Virus record (IMG/VR): IMGVR_UViG_3300044513_003348
Coordinates: 1 to 38,779 of that record
Length of the DNA stretch: 38,779 bases
Reading direction: 5' to 3' (one strand)
Source: a virus
Taxonomy: Duplodnaviria; Caudoviricetes
How positions within the stretch are numbered: position 1 is the stretch's first letter; every line of letters starts with the position of its first letter. A model generated the notes under the pieces. The model was not told the DNA's origin. It ran no database searches and worked only from the letters and a program-made list of their open reading frames with translations. Below are positions 8,598-17,800 of this stretch, piece after piece. A program made the translations under genes and the position numbers.

Positions 8598-9603
8598 CAG
8601 AATTTTCTAATTCTTTTTGTAGAATCTCAATAGATTGTCTTCTAAGGTCTTTATATTGGGGATTGGAATTTTTAGAAAGATGAGTTGAAAAAAGAACAAT
8701 ATCTGGACTTGACATTTTTATTCCAAATTTTAATAATGAAACGAGAGATGATTCAATAAAGTGAGAATTATCCACTTTATTATCTTCAGATGCTGCTAAA
8801 ATACTCATCGATTCACTTACTGCATGAAATGCAAAATTTCCAGATAGGGTTTCATTACCTAATTTTTCTGCAACCTCAGAAAGAACATTAAAAGCTGCTA
8901 CTCTATTTGAATCAAAATATGCAACTGTAGAACTCAAAAAAGATAGTCCATGTTCTAGGCAAGTTTCATAATCTTGAACTTTATAATAATGCATAAAAAT
9001 AAACCAAAGGTAATAAGCAGCATTTTTAACTTTCTTATTAACTTCTCTTTCACAAATGGATAAGTAAAATAACTGTTTATCTACAGATTCTACTACTTCT
9101 TTTGTTATTTTAATATTTGTATTTACAGAACATTCTTCCTTATGTTTTGCCGTTGGAACAAACAATGGAAATTCATGAACTGCATTTGTCCATCTGTAGT
9201 TTTTAGTCCTATGTATTCTGGGATGAGCAGCCGATCCTTTTCTCGGTTCATCTTCTCCTTCCAACTTATCATATCTCTCATGTTGGAATAGGGTAAAATC
9301 TTTCTCAACACTTTCCAGCATATTTGGATTAAAATCCTCTATATCTTCATTAAAGTCTAAAGAACATGCCCACTCAGTTTCAACATAAGAAAGAGCTTGA
9401 TTTCTTGCGTTGGAGAAATTAAATTTTTCCCTGTCCTGTATACGTTCATGAACGGTAATTCCAGCATCACGAAGAAGTTTTACTGTATTATCAGTGCTAC
9501 CAGTATCAACAACAACTGTGTTTGAAAAAAGTTTTGAATTTTTTACAAATTTTTCGACATTTTTTTCTTCATTTCTGCAAATAGCATAAAGTGTTACTTC
9601 CAT
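8587..9603 (-). CDS. Glycosyltransferase family 2 with C-terminal helical/TPR-like region
   Basis: YAICRNEEKNV, VVVDTGSTDNT, FNFSNARNQAL, SLDFNE at the DxD position, RWTNAVHE. Start set at ATG 9603, which has an AGAGGT Shine-Dalgarno. Confidence 0.85.
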   Translation of the reverse strand: MEVTLYAICRNEEKNVEKFVKNSKLFSNTVVVDTGSTDNTVKLLRDAGITVHERIQDREKFNFSNARNQALSYVETEWACSLDFNEDIEDFNPNMLESVEKDFTLFQHERYDKLEGEDEPRKGSAAHPRIHRTKNYRWTNAVHEFPLFVPTAKHKEECSVNTNIKITKEVVESVDKQLFYLSICEREVNKKVKNAAYYLWFIFMHYYKVQDYETCLEHGLSFLSSTVAYFDSNRVAAFNVLSEVAEKLGNETLSGNFAFHAVSESMSILAASEDNKVDNSHFIESSLVSLLKFGIKMSSPDIVLFSTHLSKNSNPQYKDLRRQSIEILQKELENSDED

Positions 9604-9614
9604 TTTTTTACCTC

Positions 9615-10313
9615 TTATAAAAGCTTTCCCCAATCAATGCAGGGAGATAATAGATTTGATTGACAGTGTGTAGAATAACCAGGAATTGAAGATATTAAAA
9701 TTCTTCCTTCTTTTGCTAAGTGCAAAAATTTTTGATGATCTGCACTTGGCTCTACATTTGTTGAATATTTAGTTTGAATTTCAAAGTCCTCAATTAGAGT
9801 AGAATATCTAGTTGCAAACGTTTGTGTTGTAGATGGAACAGGCATCCAATGAGAAGAATCTGTAATTAATATTTTAGTTCTAAAGTCTTTATAATATTCT
9901 CCGTACTTATCTCGGTGATCGTACAAAGTAATATATGAAACTGGAAGAGAAAATCCCTCTAGCAATATTTTATCCCAACCAGGTTGATGAATATAATCAT
10001 CCTCCAAGAAATAAATTATATCATCATCTTTATGATTTTGATTTTTGATATAATTTAGTGTTTGTAAGAAACTTTCTGCTTCTCCACCACAATTAATTAC
10101 ATGAACATTTTCTTCATCGGATAAAAATGTATCTTTTATTTTTCCATAGTGTTCATCATATATTATCGTATAATTTGTATTTTTCTTGTTTAAAGTATTT
10201 TTAAAGTTTTTAAATACTTTTTCTTTGTCCCACCATGGAGGTCTTTCTTTACCAGGAGATTCCTGTATCTTAGAATAATAACAATGTCTAAGATAAACAT
10301 TAATCTTACTCAT
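9615..10313 (-). CDS. Putative GT-A-fold glycosyltransferase
   Basis: DDDIIYFLEDDYIH metal/nucleotide-sugar motif, PGYSTHC tail, and position inside the GT cassette. Confidence 0.6.
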   Translation of the reverse strand: MSKINVYLRHCYYSKIQESPGKERPPWWDKEKVFKNFKNTLNKKNTNYTIIYDEHYGKIKDTFLSDEENVHVINCGGEAESFLQTLNYIKNQNHKDDDIIYFLEDDYIHQPGWDKILLEGFSLPVSYITLYDHRDKYGEYYKDFRTKILITDSSHWMPVPSTTQTFATRYSTLIEDFEIQTKYSTNVEPSADHQKFLHLAKEGRILISSIPGYSTHCQSNLLSPCIDWGKLL

Positions 10314-10924
10314 GATAAATTACCAGAAATAGAAATTCTATAATCGTCACTAGTCGTAAATGGATATACACAATGTGATAAATCTGCAGGGAAAAGAATA
10401 ATTCTTTTTTCCCAATCTTTATCAACATACAATGTTTCTAGTGTTATTCTTCCAAGAGTATTTGGATAGATAAATTGAAATGCTGAGGCAGCTTTATTAC
10501 CAGCATCTCTAACATGTGGCGCATTCAATTCATCTTGCAAATTGTATGGTATTTTTAACCAACAAACAAAACTAAAAGTACCAGTATGATGGTGAATCGG
10601 ATTAAATTCGTTTTTCTTTTGAAAATTGACCCAAAGACTTTCAGAGTCAAAACGAAACCCTTCTTTTTGGATCCCATGATGATCACACGTTTTAGTATAT
10701 GATACACACATTTCACTCAGGAAAGGTTCTAGATATGGGAGTGATTTTGGAATACCATACTGCTTTTCTATATTTCCAGCCAGTCCATCATTCCATTTTT
10801 GATGATGGTAAGAAGACCAGTCATTTTTAATTTCTTCAACTTCATCCATAACAATATCATAAAGATAGTCTGGAAGTATTCCTGTTGTTACCCCAGTATT
10901 AGGTAAAATTTGATAATTAAACAT
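10310..10924 (-). CDS. 2OG-Fe(II) oxygenase (cyanophage/TIGR02466-like type)
   Basis: WVNFQKKNEFNPIHHH (HxH), FSFVCWLKIP, ILFPADLSHCVYPF (distal His), RISISGN (2OG-binding Arg-x-Ser). Confidence 0.85.
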   Translation of the reverse strand: MFNYQILPNTGVTTGILPDYLYDIVMDEVEEIKNDWSSYHHQKWNDGLAGNIEKQYGIPKSLPYLEPFLSEMCVSYTKTCDHHGIQKEGFRFDSESLWVNFQKKNEFNPIHHHTGTFSFVCWLKIPYNLQDELNAPHVRDAGNKAASAFQFIYPNTLGRITLETLYVDKDWEKRIILFPADLSHCVYPFTTSDDYRISISGNLS

Positions 10925-10941
10925 AGTATTGCAAAAATAAA

Positions 10942-11295
10942 TTAACCAATTAAAACAGGAGTATTCATTTTTTTACTCCAAGTTTTTAGATAACTTTTAT
11001 ATTTTTCAGTATATTCATTATTTTCCATGATAACCACTCTTAAATATTGTCCACGCTTTTCATTAGATTCTACAGAAACAATTATACCACATTTATCAGG
11101 TCTCATTTCTTCTGGAAATAAAGACTGACTCCATGCACATTGATATCCTTTACAAACTTGCGGACGATCTTCATAAATTCCACATCCACATTCTTTTAAA
11201 AATTTACAAGAAATTCCATTACCAAATTTATTACCATATGCTTCTCCAACCATCCATGTACAACATGCAGTACATTCTCCACAATCACGAAACAT
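10942..11295 (-). CDS. YkgJ-like CxxCxxCC cysteine-cluster (Fe-S/Zn) protein
   Basis: CGECTACC...CKFL...CGIYEDRPQVCKGYQCAW. Start set at ATG 11295, preceded by an AGGAGGAGG Shine-Dalgarno. Confidence 0.8.
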   Translation of the reverse strand: MFRDCGECTACCTWMVGEAYGNKFGNGISCKFLKECGCGIYEDRPQVCKGYQCAWSQSLFPEEMRPDKCGIIVSVESNEKRGQYLRVVIMENNEYTEKYKSYLKTWSKKMNTPVLIG

Positions 11296-11938
11296 AATCC
11301 TCCTCCTTATAGAAATATTCATATGGTTGATGATCTTCAGGTTGATATAAAGATTTCATTTTACCTTTACCAGTACCAATCCAAAATTCCCTATCCAATC
11401 TAAAATCAGAATATAAAAAAGAATTGTCTAATTGATTTATATAAGATGCATTAGACCACCAAAAGTTTCCAACAAAGTGTTTTGTTCCTGCTTTTTCCCA
11501 AGACCGTGTTCCATCACTCCATACTGTTGGTCCCAATTCTTTCAGATTTATACCAACAGCATCATAAGAGTCAAGATATGCTACACATTTTCTCCAATTA
11601 TCGATAACAAAGTATTCCATCATTAATCTCCAACTTTCACCAGTGATGCTTTCTTTTGAAACACCTTTCATATGAAAATAAAGAACCTTATAATCATCAT
11701 TTTCTTTGCAAAAATCTCGCAAAGAAATTAAAGTTTCTGTTTCCTCTTTTTGATTACTATTTTTTCTAACTGTGACTTTTTCTGGAACATTGAATAATTC
11801 ATTATCACCATTTACTCCAAAGAAAATATAGTCAGATGATTTTATAAGACCTGAAGCATATAATCTGTGAAGTTGGGATTGGTATATAAAAGCACCCATT
11901 CCCATTTGAGTTATATGATAGAAAATCGCTATTTTCAT
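11285..11938 (-). CDS. Hypothetical protein, probable glycosyltransferase-like
   Basis: YFHMKGVS, WRLMMEYF, HFVGNFWW and REFWIG motifs resemble an uncharacterised family seen in viral glycan gene clusters. Function is inferred from context. Confidence 0.5.
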   Translation of the reverse strand: MKIAIFYHITQMGMGAFIYQSQLHRLYASGLIKSSDYIFFGVNGDNELFNVPEKVTVRKNSNQKEETETLISLRDFCKENDDYKVLYFHMKGVSKESITGESWRLMMEYFVIDNWRKCVAYLDSYDAVGINLKELGPTVWSDGTRSWEKAGTKHFVGNFWWSNASYINQLDNSFLYSDFRLDREFWIGTGKGKMKSLYQPEDHQPYEYFYKEEDYVS

Positions 11939-12726
11939 AGATTATATGTTCTATTAACTTCACCATTCAACCCCTTTCTAACAGTGAGACCTAAGTTGTT
12001 TACAGAAATAACATCTTTTTTGTCTATAAACTTATATAATGAATGTTCAATATCAATTCCAGAGGTATATTGTATCATTTGTTCCATATATCTTAATGAT
12101 TTTGAAAGAGCATTCATAGTATCATAATACAATGTTCTATCAAAAGACCATAATCCAGTAATTGTTGACCCATCACATCCATATAAGTATGCATATACGT
12201 TTTTCAATTCTGATCCCGGATCAAAATCAACTTTTTCTTCTTCAGAATAATTATAATTTTTCAAGATATATTTTCCTACTAAAAAATTACTTTCATAATC
12301 TTTAATCTGAAAATCATCATTTAAAACATATCTACCAGTCAATTTAAATATTCTTGTAGTGTCTGTGAATAGATTATTTTCTCCAATATAATTTAAACAA
12401 TTAAAAAATCCATTGGTTTCTAATAAAGACTTTCCAAAAACTACTCCAGATGAAAAATTATCCAGATTACTATATAAAATTTCCATAGATTTATCTTTAG
12501 ATAAATCTAAAAACAAATCACATTTTTCTTCTAGTATTTTTTGATGCTCATCAGAAATTTTTACTCTTGAACACTCAAATATAACAATGTACGGATCTTC
12601 AACTTTTTCTTTTATAGACTCTATGGTCTCTAAGGTTTGTTCAAATCGTTCTTGTTCGCTGTAATAACTATATTGATCTTCTTTTACATGTTTTATAGCA
12701 GAACCAACCAAAAATAAAAACTTCAT
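11935..12726 (-). CDS. Hypothetical protein, probable glycosyltransferase-like
   Basis: ERFEQTLETIESI, IFKLTGRY and DIEH motifs. 4-nt overlap with the next gene within the GT cassette. Confidence 0.5.
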   Translation of the reverse strand: MKFLFLVGSAIKHVKEDQYSYYSEQERFEQTLETIESIKEKVEDPYIVIFECSRVKISDEHQKILEEKCDLFLDLSKDKSMEILYSNLDNFSSGVVFGKSLLETNGFFNCLNYIGENNLFTDTTRIFKLTGRYVLNDDFQIKDYESNFLVGKYILKNYNYSEEEKVDFDPGSELKNVYAYLYGCDGSTITGLWSFDRTLYYDTMNALSKSLRYMEQMIQYTSGIDIEHSLYKFIDKKDVISVNNLGLTVRKGLNGEVNRTYNL

Positions 12727-12727
12727 T

Positions 12728-13456
12728 TTACCAACTCCAAAATTTTTCTGTGTTTTCTTGTTTTTGTTTTTTTAATTGTGCTTCAAATTTAGCATTTTTT
12801 ATATAATTATCAGCATTTTTAAGAGACGATAATTTTTCTTCTTCAGATATACAAAAATTGTGTGTAAACCAATAATTTATTTCACCCATAGTGTCTTTTG
12901 GGATCATATCGCAAAAAGTTTCTACTTTTAAACCATACTTAGCAATATTACGACTAACAATGTAATCATCCAATATATGACTTGAAGTATATCCAAAATT
13001 TTTTTCTAAATCCATTGGATTGATTTGATCTAGAAATTGATTCGGATCTTCATGAGGTTTCCACAAATGACGATTCCAATCACTAAATGCACAAATCCAA
13101 GTGGTAGCCCCTAGGTTTCTTCCATCCCTCCTCACATAATTATTGTGTTTAAATCGAAATGGGTAGTAATCACACCTATTAAAAACAACATAATCTTTTC
13201 GATATATTTCTGTTAAATCTGGACAATTTGGATGAACTAAAGCATCTGCATCAATGAAAATTGTCCAGTCATAATCTTTTGAAATTTCATACAATTGAAA
13301 TTTCTCCATGTTAGCAGAAAGATGTGGAAATTTTCTTTTGGATATGATAATAAATTCGGCACCTATTTTTTTCGCATACTCTCTCATGTATGGATATGTT
13401 ATATTTGTAATATTTTTATTGTACTTAATGTCCAGAGTAACTAAAGCTTTTTTCAT
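12728..13456 (-). CDS. Putative GT-A-fold glycosyltransferase
   Basis: YAKKIGAEF and YDWTIFIDADALV (DxD motif after a hydrophobic strand). Confidence 0.65.
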   Translation of the reverse strand: MKKALVTLDIKYNKNITNITYPYMREYAKKIGAEFIIISKRKFPHLSANMEKFQLYEISKDYDWTIFIDADALVHPNCPDLTEIYRKDYVVFNRCDYYPFRFKHNNYVRRDGRNLGATTWICAFSDWNRHLWKPHEDPNQFLDQINPMDLEKNFGYTSSHILDDYIVSRNIAKYGLKVETFCDMIPKDTMGEINYWFTHNFCISEEEKLSSLKNADNYIKNAKFEAQLKKQKQENTEKFWSW

Positions 13457-13493
13457 TTCATTCTATCCAATTATTTTATTATACTACAAAAAG

Positions 13494-14858
13494 TTACATT
13501 TTAATATTATCTAAGAAACTCTCTAGTTCTAGTAAAGGTTCATCCCATTCTCTAGGTCTTTTCTGTCTGAATAAATGAACATTATCACCATACCACCAAG
13601 TTTTTCCTGTAGATCCCATCCAAACATAAAATTCCATAATAGAAAGAATAACACAAACTTCCTTTCCCATCGCTGCAGCTATGTGAGCAACGGAAGTACA
13701 AGAAGTAATTATCAAATCCATATTGTCGATAATTGAAAATGTATCTTCAAAATTTCTATTTGGATCATAAAAAGTTTTGACAATTTTTTTATATTTTTCT
13801 GGAGGTTGTTTATCACTCATTTGAAGTGAATATAATGATACATCTCGATTATCAAAGATATTGAATAACTTTTCATCATCCACTTTTCTAAAATGTGCTT
13901 GTTCAAATCCTGATCCAGAATCCCAAAATAGACCTATCTTAAATTTTTTATTTCTCTTAAGATATGAATATTTTTTTTGCTTTTCTGGAAGAGGTTTTAA
14001 GTAAGGATCTCTTCCAAGATCTTTAACACCAATATTGAGATAATATGGTAATGATAATGTATATACCCACTTAGAATCTTTTAGTTTTGATCTTAAAGTC
14101 TCATTATTATAACTTTCTGCATAATAATTATTGTAATTGAAAATATTTTGCAAATCTTTTCTTACCGTTAACCAAACTGGATTCATACCCAATTCTTTAA
14201 CTTTTCTCACAAATCTTACATGCATAACCTCATCTCCAGCACCACACTGAGAATCTATAAGCAGTGTCTGTCCGGGAACAATAGTTCCATCCCATTTTTC
14301 ACAGTTTAAAGTTTTCTGTTTTTCATACGCTTGTTTTTCTCCACCTTCCAAAAAATGTCTAAGACCTGAATGTAAATCATCTTTCCCAAAATAATATCCA
14401 GAAATATTGTGATACGCTTTTTCTCTTACTTCAGTGGAAATATTTTGTTTTAATAATTTAAATAAAATTTGATATGCTTTTTCTCTTTTTCCAAGAGCAG
14501 TATAAGTAAAAGACTCCTCCAAAATAAGTTCATAATCTTGTGGTTTCTTATATTTTATTTTGCTAATATGAGTTAAAGATTTTTCTGGATAGTTATTTCT
14601 ATTACATGCATTAATTAAATTTTTAGTCGTAACATATTTCTCTTCTTCCGTATTGCAATATTCTAAAGATTCTTCTGCAAATAGAATTGCTTTATTATAT
14701 TCTTTAAGTTCAAAAAATAATTTTGCAACAGAATTATACTGATCAAAGTCTGACGCTTTTTTTCCAAAAGCATCGAGAACTTGTAATGAAAGATCTTTCT
14801 CTCCGAATTTTTCTAGTGTCTTTACAACAAGGTCAAGTGGGTCAGTCATGAATAACAA
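13494..14858 (-). CDS. TPR-repeat protein with C-terminal GT9-like (GT-B) glycosyltransferase domain
   Basis: Helical TPR-like N-terminal half. WDG...QCGAGDEVMHVRF, DLIITSCTSVAHIAAAMGK, WWYGDNVHLFRQ...W motifs. Start could be 14849. Confidence 0.85.
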   Translation of the reverse strand: MLFMTDPLDLVVKTLEKFGEKDLSLQVLDAFGKKASDFDQYNSVAKLFFELKEYNKAILFAEESLEYCNTEEEKYVTTKNLINACNRNNYPEKSLTHISKIKYKKPQDYELILEESFTYTALGKREKAYQILFKLLKQNISTEVREKAYHNISGYYFGKDDLHSGLRHFLEGGEKQAYEKQKTLNCEKWDGTIVPGQTLLIDSQCGAGDEVMHVRFVRKVKELGMNPVWLTVRKDLQNIFNYNNYYAESYNNETLRSKLKDSKWVYTLSLPYYLNIGVKDLGRDPYLKPLPEKQKKYSYLKRNKKFKIGLFWDSGSGFEQAHFRKVDDEKLFNIFDNRDVSLYSLQMSDKQPPEKYKKIVKTFYDPNRNFEDTFSIIDNMDLIITSCTSVAHIAAAMGKEVCVILSIMEFYVWMGSTGKTWWYGDNVHLFRQKRPREWDEPLLELESFLDNIKM

Positions 14859-14872
14859 AGATCATTTTCAAT

Positions 14873-14879
14873 TATTTAT
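14873..14879 (-). promoter_or_regulatory. T4-type late promoter box ATAAATA heading the glycosylation cassette
   Basis: Plus-strand tatttat in the 21-nt gap between the RCC1-repeat gene and the TPR-GT gene. Confidence 0.6.
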
Positions 14880-17800
14880 TTACTTCAACCAGAACGAAGT
14901 TCCTCCCGAAGATTCTACATCTTTAACGCTGGAAGTAGTAATATCAAGTTCAACTCTTTGAGGTCCTGTAACCGATTCTATCATATTATAATCATATTGA
15001 GTTCTTCCACCCCAAATCCATAATGTTCCATCTGTTTTTGTAGCCATTATAGATCTTTCTACAAGAGATACTTGTGCCCAATCATTTCCGGCAACTGGGA
15101 CCGGAGTTTCCGATATGTAATAATTCTCTTGAGGACTATTAGTCCATTCAAGACTATTAGATGTTTGCATTGTCACTGGAGGAGATCCATTTTGTGCATT
15201 TGGCCAAGTGTTGTTTCCAGATAAACCACAGTTCATAACACCCCATACCCATAAAGTACCATCAGTTTTTACTGCTGCATTACCATCGGCTGTACATGAA
15301 ACTTGTTTCCAATCGCTTCCAGGAGTAAATTCTGTTGTTGCGATACTACGCACCGTATAACTAGTTTCTCCACCTACTTTTTTTATTTTGCCCCACATCC
15401 ATAGCGTACCATCAGATCTTATTATTGATAGATGATCATGACCAACAGACAATTGAGACCATGAAAGACCAGTGCCTGCATATTGTACGGCTACCGGAGT
15501 ATATTTTATATCATAAGAATCATGGTTACTTGAACTGGTTCCTCTTTTCCCCCACCAATAAAAAACATCATTTGTTCCAATACCAGCAGACATATAGTAT
15601 CCGACAGAAACTGAATCCCAAGCACTAGGTCCACCAGATATTTCTGAAGGTGTGCGAGGATAAACACCAACACCCTTACCAACATGGTGACCATTTCCCC
15701 AAGCCCATAAGGTACCATCAGTTTTTACTGCTGCTGTTACCGCGTTACCAACAGAAACTTGTTTCCAATTGGTCCCACCAGTAGTAGTCGTTACTGGTGT
15801 AGAAACAACATCTAAACCAGTGCCACCACTATTATTACCAACTTGATAATTTCTATTATGACCCCAACACCATAAAGTACCATCAGTTTTTATCGCTGCA
15901 AATACCTGACCTCTACCAGAAAGTGATTTCCAGTTGGTCCCACCCGAATATTGTGTCGTTGGTGTTGGTGGAGTTCTTCTTGGAGGTGTGTCAAATTCAT
16001 TATATCGGTAACTGTTCCACGTATAGTAAACCTCCATTCCTCCCCAAGTCCATAATGTTCCATCCGTTTTTATTGCGGCTGATGGTCCATGACCATAAGT
16101 ATGGTTTCTATAGATCACGTCAGCAGAGTACTTATCATCCGGTCCTAGATTACTAAATCCAGAATAATATCCAAGTACAATTCCTCCAGCAGTCATGGTA
16201 TTTTCTGAGGAAGACGTATTGTTTAATTTCCAATCTGTTCCTCCTGTAGCAGGAATTGGCGTTGTTCTTATGTAACTAGAAGTTGTTTGTCCCAATTGTG
16301 CTTGGAAGGAAAAATGAGAAATATTTGATAATGGTACCAACTTTGGATAAGTAATATCTGGGGTATATTCATATCTCGTATAATCAACAATTCCTATTCT
16401 ATTAGTGAACAAACCCCAAGACCATGGAGTTCCATCTTGTTTAACTGCTAGTGTATAATTTCCCAAATTATAGTCTGTATTAGATAGAGTAATATACATG
16501 GAACGTCCACAAGATATTTTTCTCCATGGTCCTGTAGGTCCAGATACTGGGGTTACTCTTTTTACATCATCTGGACCAGATGACAATCCCAGCTCATCAT
16601 CTTCATTAGTTCCCCACATCCACAAATTTCCACTATAATCAATAGCACCACCATGGTTCAATGAAACTGAGAAATCGGACCAATTTCCACCAGATGATAC
16701 GATTGGTAATGAACCAAAAAATTGACTAAAATCTGAAATCCCTAAAGATGGTGGTAATGGTTGTCTATTATGTCTAGGACCTGTCCCACCATCATCATAT
16801 TCAACACCAAAAGGATCTTGGTTTGCCCATGTATATAATCTTCTGTTTGATGAAGAACTACCTCTAGTAGCGATAAATGTATGATTTCCACCATCAGATG
16901 GAAGTGACCAATCAGTTCCACCACCAGGAATCTGAGTTACAAAATTCATATCCTCATTTCCAGTCATAATATTATTGCGAGGATATGCTCCAGTAGAAAC
17001 CCATAGAGTTCCATCAGTTTTTAGCGCAGACCATCCTCGTCTATGTCTTGCCGCAACGTCCCAGTTAGTACTAGTACCTATTTTCACCGGACGTTGGGTA
17101 TTGCCACTGTTGGTCTCAGTAGATTTGTCCCATACCCATAAAGTACCATCTGTTTTCGTTGCTACTACACCAACATCACTCATGGAAACTTTTTTCCAAT
17201 TAGTTCCACCACCATACATTGTTATTGGTGTCGATCTACCATAATTTTGAGAATCATAATCATGAGCAAATAATCTTACTCCACTTTGATTTAATGATGC
17301 TGTGGATGTCAAATTGAATTTTCCACTATTTCCCCACATCCATAAAGTACCATCAGTTTTTATTACTGAGATAGTATCGGTACTATTAGGAGACCCTTTC
17401 TTTAATGAAACGTGCTTTACAGTAGCGCCAAAGTCCCACTGAGTGGGTAACACATAGTTGGAACTCATTGCACACCAGTTTTCTAAATTGGAATCAAAAT
17501 ACCACTCCATTGGTTGGAACACAACCTTTTTCATGGTACCCTCATTAATTCTCCAACTATCACCTATTCCAAGAAGAGATCGATTTCCCCATACCCATAA
17601 AGTACCATCCGTTTTCGTTGCTGCAAGAGCACATCTTGTACCTTCCTCATTTTGAGAATAATATGACTCCTTATAAACATTAGCGTTGGAAGTTGTAACA
17701 ACACTCCAATTATTACCAGCAACCTGTACTGGTGTTAAAATTTTATATTGATAATATTGATATGATACTCCGGTGCCTGTACATCCTTGATAACTGTTAG

